Shown here piece by piece: positions 14,801 through 29,700 of a DNA stretch of 62,693 bases. Source of the stretch: Hemiscyllium ocellatum (lineage: Eukaryota); contig NW_026868245.1 of NCBI RefSeq assembly GCF_020745735.1, forward strand, positions 1-62,693, read 5' to 3'. A program made the position numbers and the translations under genes. Numbering within the stretch: position 1 is the first letter of the stretch; every line of letters starts with the position of its first letter. The notes under the pieces were generated by a model. The model saw only the letters and a list, made by a program, of their open reading frames with translations. It was not told the DNA's origin and ran no database searches.

Positions 14801-17800
14801 ACCTTGAGATTAAACTGAAATCACACCTAGATTAACTTGACTTTAAACTCGAGATTAAGATGAATTTAATGCTGAGATTAACCTGAAATTAACCCCGAGA
14901 TCAACCTGAAATTAACAAAGATATTAACCTGAAATTAGCCACAAAATTAACCTGAAATTAACCCGAGATTAAGTTGAACTTAACCTAAACGTTAACCTGA
15001 AATTAATCACGAGATTAAGTTGAAATTAACCTAAAGATTAACCTGAAATCAACACTGAGATTAACCAGAAATTAATCCTGAGATGAACCTGAAATTAACC
15101 CTGATATTAGCCTGAAATCAACATGGAGATTTACCCTGAGATTAACAGGAAATTAACACCATTTTGAACTGAAAGTTACCCTGTGATTAACCTGAAATCA
15201 ACATGGAGATTAACCCTGAAATTAACCCTAAGAATAACCTGAAATTAACCCAGAGATTAATCCGAAATTAATCTGAAATTAAGCCTGAGATTAACCGGAA
15301 ATTAACACCAATTTGAGCTGAAATTCATTTTGAGATTAACCTGAAATTAACCTGAAACCCCTAAACTAACCTGAAATTAACCACGTTATTAACCTGAAAT
15401 TAAACCCAAGATTAACTTGAAATTAACCCTGAAATTAACCTGAAAGTAACCCTGAGATTAACTTGAAATTACCCCTACGTTAACCTGAAATTAATCTCGA
15501 GTGTAAATTGAAATTAACTTAAACATTAATGTGAAATCAATACAGAGATTAACCCAAAATCAACACCAAGATTAATCTGAAATTAAGGCTGATGTTAACC
15601 TGAAATTAGCATGGAGATTAACCCTGAGATTAACAGGAAATTAACACCATTTTGAACTGCAATTAACCTGAAATCAACATGGAATTAACCCTGATATTAA
15701 CCTGAATTTAACCCTGAGATTAACCTGAAATTATCCCTGAGATTAACTTGAAATTAATCCTGAGATGAATACTGAAAGTAACCTCAAGATTAATCTGAAA
15801 TCAACACTGAGATTAACCTGAAAACAAACCTGAGATTAACCTGAATTTAACCCCGACTTTAACCTGAAATTAACCCCTAGATTTCCCTGAATTTAACACT
15901 AAAATTAAGGTGCAATTAACACCAAGATTAACCTCTAGATTTTCCTGAAATTATCCCAAGATTAACGTGAAATTAACCCCAAGACTAACCTGAAATTAAC
16001 GTGGAGATTAACCCTGATATTAACCCGAAATCAACCCATAGATTAACCCAAAATCAACCCCAAGATTAACCCTGAAATTAACACATAGATTACCTTGAAT
16101 TTAAAACCGAGATTAACATGAATTGAACCCTGATATTAACAGGAAATTAACACCAACTTGAACTGCAGTTAACCCTGAGAATAACAGGATATTAACTCAA
16201 TGCTTAACCTGAAATTATCCCTAGATTTACCTGAAATTAACCTGAATTTAACTGTGAGATTAACCCGAAATTAACGCATATGTTAATCTGAAACTAACTG
16301 AGATTAACCTGACATCAACACCTAGATTAACCTGAAATTAACCCTTATATTAACCTGAGATTAACCCTGCGTTTAACCTGAATTGAACCCTAAGATTAAC
16401 CTGAAGTTAAATGTGAGATTAACCAGAAATTAACGGTGAGATTAACCTGAAATTAATCCTGAGATTAACACTGAAATTAACCTCAAAATTAATCTGAAAT
16501 CAACACTGAGATTAAACTGAAAGCAAACCTGAGATTAACCTTGCGATTAACCCTACATTAACCGTGAGATCAACCCAATATTAATGCTGAGATTAACATG
16601 AAATTAACCCCAAGACTAACCTGAAATTAATCATGATATTAACCTGAAATTAGCTCCTAGATTAATCAGAAATTAATCTCGAGATTAATTTAAAAATTAA
16701 AAATCAACACCGAGATTAACCCAAAATTGATCTGAAATTAACACTGAGATTAACCTGAAATTAACTCCGGGTTTAACCTGAAATTAATCTGAAATTAACC
16801 CCGGGTTTAACCTGAAATTAATCTGGAATTAACCCTGAGAATAACCAGAAATTAATACCATTTTGAACTGAAATTAACCCTGTGATTAACCTGAAATTAA
16901 TGAAAGAGTAAACTGAAATTAATCCTGAGATTAACACTGAAATTAACCTCAAGATTAATCTGAAATCAACATTGAGATTAACCTGAAAGCAGACCTGAGA
17001 TTAACCTGAAACTAACCCCGAGATTAACCTGAAATCAACACGGAGATTAGCCCTGAGAGTAACCCTGAGATTAACCCAAAATCAACCCCAAGATTAACCT
17101 GAATTTAACATATAGATTAACTTGAATTTAAGACCCAGATTAACATGAATGGAACCCTGAGATTAACCAGAAATTAACACCAACTTGAACTGAAGATAAC
17201 CCTGAGATTAATCGGATATTAACTCTATGCTTAACCTGAAATTATCCCTAGATTTACCTGAAATTAACCTGAATTTAACTGTGAGATTAACCCTAAATTA
17301 ACCCCTATGTTAATCTGAAACTAACTGAGATTAACCTGAAATTAACACCTAGATTAACCTGAAATTAACCTTATATTAACCTGAGATTAACCCTGCGTTT
17401 AACCTGAACTGAACCCTAACATTAACCTGAAACTAACTCCAAGACTAACCTGAGATTAACCTGAATTTAACCCTGGGTTTAACCCTTGAATTAACCCAGA
17501 GATTAATGTGAATTTATCACTGAGATTACATGAAATTAACCCTGGGATTAACCGGAAATAAACTCCGATATAAACCTGAAATTCAGCCTGAGATTAGCCT
17601 GAGTTAAACACCGAGATTAACCTGAATTATACCTTGAGATTAACTTGAAATCACACCTAGATTAACTTGAAATTAAACTCGAGATTAACCTGAATTTAAC
17701 CCTGAGATTAACCAGAAATTAATGCTGAGATTAACCTGAAATCAGTCCCTAGGTCAAACTGATATTTATCCTGAGATTAACCCAAAATTAACACCGAAAC

Positions 17801-20800
17801 TAAACCTGATATAAACCTGAAATTAACCCCAAGATTAACCTGAAATTAACCCCTAGATTAACTCTGAAATTAACCCTGTGACTAACCTGAAATTAACCTC
17901 GAGATTAACCTGAAATTAACTTGACTTTTACTGTGAGGTAAACCTAAAATTAAACCATATATTAACCTGAAAGTAACCCTTAGACTAATCTGATATTAAC
18001 CATGAAATTAACCTGGAGTTAACAACAAGATTAAACTGAAATTAACCGCTAGATTTCCCTGGATTTAATCCAGAGATTAACCCGAGGTTAACTCTGAAAT
18101 TATACCTGAGATTAACCTGAAATGAACCCCAAGATTAACCTGAAATTAACCCCGAGATTAACCTGAAATTAACCCCTAGATTAATCAGAAATTACCCAGC
18201 TATTAACCTGAAATAAACACCGAGAGTAAACTGAAATTAACCCCAAGAGCAACTCTAAATTAAACCCAGGATTAACCCTGAGATTTACCTGAAATTAACG
18301 CTGAGATTAACCCTGAGATTAATGTGAAATTAACCTGATTTTAACCACAAGGTTAACCCGAAACTAACGTGAACTTAACCCCAAGACTAACCTGAAACTA
18401 ACCCTGAGATCAACCTGAAATTAACCAAGATATTAACCTGAAATTAACCACAAAATTAACCTGAAATTAACCCGAGATTAAGTTGAACTTAACCTAAACG
18501 TTAACCTGAAATTAATCACGAGATTAAGTTGAAATTAATCTAAAGATTAACCTGAAATCAACACCAAGATTAACCTGAAATTAACCCTGATATTAGCCTG
18601 AAATCAACATGGAAATTTACCCTGAGATTAACAGGAAATTAATACCATTTTGAACTGAAAGTTACCCTGTGATTAACCTGAAATCAACATGGAGATTAAC
18701 CCTGAAATTAACCCTAAGAATAACCTGAAATTAACCCAGAGATTCATCCGAAATTAATCTGAAATTAAGCCTGAGATTAACTGGAAATTAACACCATTTT
18801 GAGCTGAAATTAATTCTGAGATTAACCTGAAACCCCTACACTAACCTGAAATTAACCACGTTTTTAACCTGAAATTAAACCCGAGATTAACTTGAAATTA
18901 ACCCTGAAATTAACCTGAAAGTAACCCTGAGATTAACCCGAAATTATCCCTACGTTAACCTGAAATTAATCTCGAGAGTAAATTGAAATTAACCTAAACA
19001 TTAATGTGAAATCAATACAGAGATTAACCCAAAATCAACACCGAGATTAATCTGAAATTAAGGCTGAGATTAACCTGAAATTAGCATGGAGATTAACCCT
19101 GAGATTAACAGGAAATTAACACCATTTTGAACTGTGATTAACCTGAAATCAACATGGAGATTAATCCTGAAATTAACCCCAATATTAACCTGAATTTAAC
19201 CCCGAGATTAACTGGAAATTAGCACCTAGATTAACTTGTATTTAAACCCAAGATTAACCTGAGATTAACCAGATATTAACCCTGAAATGAACCTGAAACT
19301 GACCATGAGATTAATCTGAAATTAATCCCTAAATCAAACTAATATTTATCCTGAGAGTAACCCAAAATTTACACTGAAATTTAACCTGAGATTAACCCTG
19401 AAATTAACCCCGAGATTAACCTGAATTAACCTCCAGATTAACCTGAAATTAACCTCCAGATTAATCCAGAAATTAACCCTGAGATTAACCTGAAATTTAC
19501 CCCGAAGTTAACACTGAAATTAATCCTGATATTAGCCCTGAGATTAACATGAATTGAACCCTGAAATTAACCTGAAATTAACCTCCAGAATAACATTGAA
19601 GCTAACTCCGAGATTAACCTAAAATCAACACTGAGATTAATCTGAAATCAACCCCAATATTAACCCAAAAATTAACCCTGAGATTAACCCAAAATTAACC
19701 CTAACGTTAATCTGAAATTAACCAGATTAACCTGAAATTAAACCTGATATTAACCCCGAGATTAACCTGATTTGAACCTTGAGATTAACCTGAAATAACC
19801 CCAAGATTAACCTGAAATTAATCCTGAGTTTAATCCTTGAATTAACCCAGAGACTAACGTGAATTTAACACTGAGAATAACGTGAAATTAACCCCAAGAT
19901 AAACCCTGAGATTAACCTGAATTTAAGCCTGAGATTAACCTGAATTTAAACTCGATATTAACCTTGAGATTAATCAGAAATTAACCCTGTGATTAATCTG
20001 AAACTAACCCCAAGATTAACCTGAAATGAATCCCGGGATTAACCTGAAATTAATATGAAATTAATCCCGATATTAACCGGAAATTAAACCCTAGATGAAC
20101 CCAAAATTAACTCTGAAATTAAACCCAAGATTAACCTGAAATTATCCCCTAGATCAACCTGAAATTAATCCCACGATTAACCTGAATTTAACCCTGAGAT
20201 TAACCCTGAAATTAACCCAGAGATTAACCTGAAATTTACACTGAAATTAACATCAGGTTTAACCTGAAATCAACACCGAGATTAACCTGAAATCAACACT
20301 GAGATTAATCTGAAATCAACCCCAATATTAACCCAAAAATTAACCCACAGATTAACCCAAAATTAACCCTAACATTAATCTGAAATTAACCATGAGTTTA
20401 ACCTGAAATTAAAGCCGATATTAACGCTGAGATTAACCTGAATTTGAACCTTGAGATTAACCTGAAATTAACCCCAAGATTAACCTGAAATTAACCCCGA
20501 GTTTAATCCTTGAATTAGCCCAGAGATAAATGTGAATTTAACACTGGGAATAACGTAAAATTGACCCCAAGAGAAACCCTGAGATTAACCTGACATTAAA
20601 CCTGAGATTAACCTGATATTAACCTTGAGATTATTCAGAAATTAACACTGCGATTAATCTGAAACTAACCCCAAGATTAACCTGAAATTATCCCCTAGAT
20701 CAACCTGAAATTAATCCCACGATTAACCTGAAATTAACCCTGACATTAAGCTGAAATTAATACCTCGATTAACATGAGCCTAAACCCGAGATTAATCTGA

Positions 20801-23800
20801 ATTTAGCCAGGGGATTAACCAGAAATTAACCCATTGACTAACTGAAATTAACCCCAATATTAACCTGAATTTAACCCCAGGATTGACCAGAAATTAACAC
20901 CGAGATTAACTTGTATTTAAACCCGAGATTAACCTGAATTTAACCCTGAGATTAACCTGATAATTAACCCAGAGATTAACCAGAAATTAACCCAGAGATT
21001 AACCTGAAATTAATACATAGATTAACATGAGCCTAAACCCAAGATTAACCCTGTATTAACGCTGATATTAACCTGAATTTAAACCCGAGATTTACCGGAA
21101 ATTAACACCTAGATTAATTTGTATTTAAACCCGAGATTAATCTGAATTTAACCCTGAGATTAACCAGATATTAACCCTGAAATGAACCTGAAATTGACCA
21201 TGAGATTAATCAGAAATTAATCCTTAAATTAAACTGATATTTATCCTGAGACTAACCCCAAATTTACACTAAAATTTAATCTGAGATTAACCCGGAAATT
21301 AACCCTGTGATTTACCTGAATTAACCTCCAGATTAACCTGAAATTGACCTCCAGATTAATCTAGAAATTAACTCCAAGATTAACCTGAAATTAACCCCTA
21401 GACTAACCTGAAACTAACCACGGGATTTATCAGAAATTAACCCCGAGTTTAATCCTTGAATTAACCCAGAATAACGTGAAATTAACCCTGAGATTAACCT
21501 GAAATTAAGACTGAGATTAACTTGAATTTAAACCCGATATTAACCTTGAGATTAATCAGAAATTAACCTTCTGATTAATCTGAAACTAACCCCAAGATTA
21601 ACCTGAAATTAATCACAATATTAACCGGAAAATAAATCCTAGATGAACCCAAAATTAACTCTGAAATTAAACCCCAAGATTAACCTGAAATTATCCCCAC
21701 GATCAACCTGAAATGAACCCCAATATTAACAGGAAATTAAACCCTAGATGAAACCAAAATTAACCCTGAAATTAAACCCGAGATTAACCTGAAATTATCC
21801 CCTAGATCAACCTGGAATTAATCCCACGATTAACCTGTTTTTAACCCAGAGATTAACCTGAAATTAATACCTAGATTAACATGAGCCTAAACCCGAGATT
21901 AATCTGAATTTAACCCTGGGATTAGCCAGAAATTAACCCCTTGACTAACTGAAATTAATCACAATATTAACTTGAAATTAACCCTGAAATTAACCTGAAA
22001 TTTACACCGAGATTAACAGTGAAATTAACCTCAAGGTTAACCTGAAATCAACCCTGAGATTAATCTGAAATCAACCCCAATATTAACCCTATAATTAACC
22101 CCCAGATTAACCCAAAATTAACCATAATGTTAATCTGAAATTAACCAGGAGATTAACCTGCAATTAATCCTGATATTAACACCGAGATTAACCTGAATTG
22201 AACCCTAAGATTAACCTGAAATTAACCCCAAGATTAACCCTGAGATTAACCTGAAATTAAGCCTGAGATTAACCTGAATTTAAACCCGATATTAACCTTG
22301 AGATTAACCCGAAATTAACCCTGTGATTAATCTGAAACTAACCCCAAGATTAACCTGAAATGAACCCCAGGATTAACCTGAAATTAATCCCAATATTAAC
22401 TGGAAATTAAACCCTAGATGAACCCAAAATTAACTCTGAAATTAAACCCCGAGAGTCACCTGAAATTATCCCCTAGATCAACCTGAAATTAATCCCATGA
22501 TAAACCTGAAATTAATCCAGAGATTAACCTGAAATTAATACCGAGGTTAACATAAGCCTAAACCTGAGAGTAATCTGAATTTAACCCTGGAATTAACCAG
22601 AAATTAACTCTGAGTTTAACCTGAAATTAACCCTGAGATTAACCTGAAATTATCCTTGAGATTAACCTAAAATTAACCATGAAATTAACCTGAAATTAAC
22701 CATGATATTAACCTGAAATTAATCCCCAGGTTAATTTGAAATTAACCGCGACGTTTACCTGAAATTAACACCGATATTAACCCTGAAATTAACCCTGAGA
22801 CTAGCACTGAAATTAACCTCAAGATTAACCTGAAGTCAGCACCACGATTAAACTGAAATCAACATTGAGATTAACCCATCGTTGCCACTAAGAGTAATCT
22901 GAAATTAACCCCAATATTAACTCTAAAATTAATCCAGAGATTAATTGAAAATCAACCTTAAAATTTATCTGAAAATAACCATGAGATTATCCTGAAATTA
23001 ATCCTGATATTAACCCCGAGATTAAACTGAATTGAACCCCAAAATTAACCTGACATTAACCCCTAGACTAACGTGAAATTAACAATGTTATTAACCTGAA
23101 ATTAATCCTGATATTATCTTGAAATTAACCTTGAGATTACTCTGAAATTTACCCAGAGATTAACACTGAAATTAATCCTGATATTAACCCAGAGATTGAA
23201 CCCTGAAATCAACACTGAGATTAGCCTGAATTTAAACTCGATATTAACCTTGAGATTAATTGGAAATTAACCCTGAGATTAATACGAAACTAACCCACAA
23301 TTAACCTGAAATGAACCCCAGGATTAACCTGAAATTAATCTGATATTAATCCTGATATTAACTGGAAATTAAACCCTAGATGAACCCAAAATTAACTCTG
23401 AAATTAAACCCGAGATTAACCTGAGATTATCCCCTAGATCAACCTGAAATTAATCCCATGATTAACCTGAATTTAACCTGAGATTAATCTGAAATCAACA
23501 TTGAGATTAACCTGATGTTACCCCTGAGATTAATCTGAAATTAACCCAGATATTAACCTTAAAATTAACCCCGGGATTAGTCCACAATTAACCCTAACAT
23601 TAATCTGAAATTAGCCCTGAGATTAACCTGATATTAACCTTTCCAGTAACCTGAAATTAATGCTGATATTAACCCCAAGATTAACATGAATTGAACCCTG
23701 AGATTAATCTGAAATTAACCCCAAGATTAAACTGAAATTAATGCCGAGATTAGCCCGAACTTAAACCCGAAATTAACTTGAAATTAACCCTGAAACTAAC

Positions 23801-26421
23801 CTGAAAGTAACCCTGAGATTAACCTGAAATTAATCATGATATTAACCTGAAATTATCCCTACGTTAACCTGAAATTAATCTCAAGAGTAAGTTGAAATTA
23901 ACCTACACATTAATGTGAAATCATCAGAGATTAACCCAAAATCAACACCATGATTAATCTGAAATTAAGGCTGAGATTAACCTGAAATTAACATGGAGAT
24001 TCACCCTGAGATTAACTGGAAATTAACACCATTTTGAACTGCGATTAACCTGAAATCAACATGGAGATTAATCCTGAAATTAACCCCGAGATTAACCCTG
24101 AAGTTAACCCCAATATTATCCTGAATTTAACCCTGAGATTAACCGGAATTTAAACCCGAGATTAACCTGAATTTTACCCAGAGACTAACCAGATATTAAC
24201 CCTGAAATGAACCTTAAACTGACCATGAGATTAATCTGAAATTAATCCCTAAATTAAACAGATATTTATCCTGAGAGTAACCCAAAATTTACACTGAAAT
24301 TTAACCTGAGATTAACCCTGAAATTAACCCTGTGATTAACCTGAATTAACCTCCAGATTAACCTGAAATTAACCTCCATATTAATCCAGAAACTAATTCC
24401 GAGATTAACCTAAAATTAACCTCTAGACTAACCTAAAATTAACCACGATATTAACCTGAAATTAATCCCGATATTAACTTGAAATTTACCCTGAGATTAA
24501 CCTGAAATTTACCTTGAGGTCAACACTGAAATTAATCCTGATATTAACCCCGAGATTAACATGAATTGCACCCTGAAATTAACCTCCAGATTAACCTGAA
24601 ATTAACCTCTGGATTAACCCAAAATTAACCTCCAGAATAACCCTGAAGTTAACTCCGAGATTAACCTAAAATCAACACTGAGATTAATCTGAAATCAACC
24701 CCAATATTAAGCCTAAAATTAACCCTGAGATTAACCCAAAATTAACCCTAACATTAATCTGAAATTAACCAGGAGATTAACCTGAAATTAAACCTGATAT
24801 TAACCCCAAGATTAACCTGATTTGAACCTCGAGATTAACCTGAAATTAACCCAGAGATTAACCTGAAATTAATACCTAGATTAACATGAGTCTAAACCCA
24901 AGATTAATATGAATTTAACCCTGGGATTAGCCAGAAATTAAATCATCATGACTAACTGAAATCAACGACAATATTAACCTGAAATTAACTACGATATTAA
25001 CTTGAAATTAACCCTGAAATTTACCCCGAGATTAACACTGAAATTAACCTTAGGTTTAACCTGAAATCAACACTGAGATTAATCTGAAATCAACCCCGAT
25101 ATTAACCCTGAAATTAACCATGAGACTAACCCAAAATTAACCCCGAGATTAACCGGAAATTGACACCTAGATTAATTTGTATTTAAATCCGCGATTAACC
25201 TGAATTTTACCCTGAGATTAATCAGATATTAACCCTGAAATGAACCTGAAACTGAGCATGAGATTAATCTGAAATTAATCCCTAAGTTAAACTGATATTT
25301 ATCCTGAGACCAACCCAAAATTTACACTGAAATTTAACCTGAGATTAACCCTGAAATTAACCCTGTGATTAACCTTAATTAATCTCAAAGATTAACCTGA
25401 AATTAACCTCCAGATTAATCCAGAAACTAACTCCGAGATTAACCTGAAATTAACCCCTAGACTAACCTGAAAGTAACCACAACATTAACCTGAAATTAAT
25501 CCCGATATTATCTTGAAATTAACCCCGAGATTAAACCGAAATTAACTTCCAGATTAACCCTGGAACTAACTGGGAGATTAACCTGAAATCAACACAGATT
25601 AATCTGAAATCAATCCCGATATTAACCCTAAAATTAACCCAAAATTAACCCTAACATTAATCTGAAATTAACCATGAGATTAAGCTGAAATTAATCCTGA
25701 TATTATCGCCGAGATTAACCTGAATTGAACCCTGAGATTAACCTGAAATTAACCCCGAGTTTAATCCTTGAATTAACCCAGGGATTAACGTGAATTTAAC
25801 ACCAAGAATAATGTGACATTAACCCCAATATTAACCCTGAGATTAACCTGAAATTAATCTGAAACTAACCCCAAGATTAACCTTAAATGAACCCCAGGAT
25901 TAACCTGAAATTAATCTGAAATTAATCCCAATATTTACAGGAAATTAAACCCTAGATGATCCCAAAATTAACTCTGAAATTAAACCCAAGATTAACCTGA
26001 AATTATCCCCTCGATCAACCTGAAATTAATCCCACGATTGACCTGAATTTAACCCTGAGTTTAACCCTGAAATTAACCCAGAGATTAACCTGAAATTAAT
26101 ACCTAGATTAACATGAGCCTAAACCCGAGATTCATCTGAATTTAACCCTGGGATTAACCAGAAATTAACCCCGAGATTAACCTGAATTGAACCATGAGAT
26201 TAACCTGAAATTATCCATGAGATTAACCTAAAAGTAGCCATGAAATTAACCTGAATTTCAACCTGAGATTAACCTGAAATGAACCCCCAGATTAACCTGA
26301 ATTTAACCATGATACTAACCCTAAAATTAACCCAGAGATTAATTGAAAATCAACCCTAACATTAATCTGAAAATAACCATGAGACTAACCTGAAATTAAT
26401 CCTGATATTAACCTGAAATTA

Positions 26422-26737
26422 GGCGGCACGGTGGCACAGTGGTTAGCACTGCTGCCTCACAGCGCCAGGGACCTGGGTTCAATTCCCGCCTCAGGCAACT
26501 GACTGTGTGGAGTTTGCACGTTCTCCCCGTGTCTGCGTGGGTTTCCTCCGGGTGCTCCGGTTTCCTCCCACAGTCACAAAGATGTGCGGGTCAGGTGAAT
26601 TGGCCATGCTAAATTGCCCATAGTGTTAGGTAAGGGGTATATGTAGGGGTATGGGTGGGTTGCGCTTCGGCGGGTCGGTGTGGACTTGTTGGGCCGAAGG
26701 GCCTGTTTCCACACTGTAAGTCTAATCTAATCTAATC
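26422..26737 (+). mobile_element. Full-length HE1-type tRNA-derived SINE
   Basis: tRNA-like head with A box (tggcacagtggtt) and B box (ggttcaattccc), V-SINE-like core (gcgtgggtttcctccgggtgctccggtttcctcccaca), CR1-like 3' end and (TCTAA)n tail. Confidence 0.9.
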
Positions 26738-29700
26738 TTTAACCCCGAGATTAACCTGACATTAACCCCTAGATTAACCTGAAATTAACCACATTATTAA
26801 TTCTGAAATTAATCCCAAGATTAACTTGAAATTAACCCTGAAATTAACCTGATGTTAACCCTGAGATTAACCTGAAATTAACCCCGAGACTAACATTGAA
26901 ATTAACCTCAAGTCTAACCTGAAATCAACACTGAGATTAATCTGAAATCAACATTGAGATTAACCTGATGTTACCCCTGAGATTAATCTGAAATTAACCC
27001 CAATATTAACACTAAAATTAACCCCGAGATTAGTCCACAATTAACCCTAACATTAATCTGAAATTAACCCAGATATTAACCTTAAAATTAACCCTTATAG
27101 TAGACTGAAATTAATCCTGATATTAACCTCAAGATTAACATGAATTGAACCCTGAGATTAATCTGAAATTAACCCCAAGATTAAACTGAAATCAATGCTG
27201 AGATTAGCCCGAATTTAAACCCGAAATTAACATGAAATTAACCCTGAAACTAACCTGAAAGTAACCCTGAGATTAACCTGAAATTAATCATGATATTAAC
27301 CTGAAATTATCCCTACGTTAACCTGAAATTAATCTCAAGAGTAAGTTGAAATTAACCTACACATTAATGTGAAATCATCAGAGATTAACCCAAAATCAAC
27401 ACCATGATTAATCTGAAATTAAGGCTGAGATTAACCTGAAATTAACATGGAGATTAACCCTGAGATTAACTGGAAATTAACACCATTTTGAACTGCGATT
27501 AACCTGAAATCAACATGGAGATTAATCCTGAAATTAACCCCGAGATTAACCCTGAAGTTAAGCCCGATATTATCCTGAATTTAACCCTGAGATTAACCGG
27601 AAATTAACATTTAGGTTAACTTGTATTTAAACCCGAAATTAACCTGAATTTTACCCTGAGACTTACCAGATATTAACCCTGAAATGAACCTTAAACTGAC
27701 CATGAGATTAATCTGAAATTAATCCCTAAATTAAGGTGATATTTATCCTGAGACTAACCCAAAATTTACACTGCAATTTAACCTGAGATTAACCCTGAAA
27801 TTAACCCTGTGATTAACCTGGATTAACCTCCAGATTAACCTGAAATTAACCTCCATATTAATCCAGAAACTAATTCCGAGATTAACCTAAAATTAACTTC
27901 TAGACTAACCTAAAATTAACCACGATATTAACCTGAAATTAATCCCGATATTAACTTGAAATTTACCCTGAGATTAACCTGAAATTTACCTTGAGGTCAA
28001 CACTGAAATTAATCCTGATATTAACCCCGAGATTAACATGAATTGCACCCTGAAATTAACCTCCAGATTAACCTGAAATTAACCTCTGGATTAACCCAAA
28101 ATTAACCTCCAGAATAACCCTGAAGTTAACTCCGAGATTAACCTAAAATCAACACTGAGATTAATCTGAAATCAACCCCAATATTAAGCCTAAAATTAAC
28201 CCTGAGATTAACCCAAAATTAACCCTAACATTAATCTGAAATTAACCAGGAGATTAACCTGAAATTAAACCTGATATTAACCCCGAGATTAACCTGATTT
28301 GAACCTTGAGATTTACCTGAAATTACCCCCGAGTTTAATCCTTGAATTAACCCAGAGATTAACGTGAATTTAACACCGAGAATAACTTGAAATTAACCCC
28401 AAGATAAACCCTGAGATTAACCCCTGAAATTAAGCCTGAGATTAACCTGAATTTAAACTCGATATTAACCTTGAGATTAATCAGAAATTAACCCTGTGAT
28501 TAATATGAAACTAACCCCAAGATTAACCTGAAATGAACCCCAGGATTAACCTGAAATTAATCCCAATATTAACTGGAAATTAAACCCTGAGATGGACCCA
28601 AAATTAACTCTGAAATTAAACCCTGAGATGAACCTGAAATTATCCCCTAGATCAACCTGAAGTTAATCCCACGATTAACCTGAATTTAACCCTGAAATTA
28701 ACCTAGAGATTAACCTGAAATTAATGCCTAGATTAACATGAGCCTAAACCCGAGATTAACCTGAATTTAACCCTGGGATTAACCAGAAATTAACTCTGAG
28801 ATTAACCTGAATTGAACCCTGAGATTAACCTGATAATTAACCCAGAGATTAACCTGAAATTAATACCTAGATTAATATGAGCCTAAACCCGAGATAAATC
28901 TGAATTTAACCTGGGGATTAGCCAGAAATTAACCCCTTGACTAACTGAAATTAACCACAATATTAACTTGAAATTAACCAGGATATTAACTTGAAACTAA
29001 CCCTGAGATTAACCTGAAATTTACCCCAAGATTAACACTGAAATTAACTTCGAGATTAACCTAAAATCAACACCAAGATTAACCTGAATTTTACCCTGAG
29101 ATTAACCAGATATTAACCCTGAAATGAACCTGAAACTGACCATGAGATTAATCTGAAATTAATCCCTAAATTAAACAGATATTTATCCTGAGACTAACCC
29201 AAAATTTACACTGAAATTTAACCTGAAATTAACCCTGAAATTAACCCTGTGATTAACCTGAATTAACCTCTAGACTAACCTGAAATCAATCATGATATTA
29301 ACCTGAAATTAATCCGGATATTATCTTGAAATTTACCCCGAGATTAACTGAAATTTACCACAAGATTAACACTGAAATTAATCCAGATATTAACCCCGAG
29401 ATTAACATGAATTGAACCCTGAAATTAACCTCCAGAATAACCTGAAATTAACCCCAAGTTTAATCCTTGAATTAACCCAGAGAGTAACGTGAATTTAACA
29501 CCGAGAATAACTTGAAATTAACCCCGAGATTAACCTGAAATTAAGCCTGAGATTAACCTGAATTTAAACTTGATATTAACCTTGAGATTAATCAGAAATT
29601 AATCCTGAGATTAATATGAAACTAACCCCAAGATTAACCTGAAATGGACTCCAGGATTAACCTGAAATTAATCTGAAATTAATCCCAATATTTACTGGAA

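Noticed and set aside
26422-26500. tRNA gene
   Set aside because: The A and B boxes belong to the tRNA-derived head of a SINE found several times in the window.
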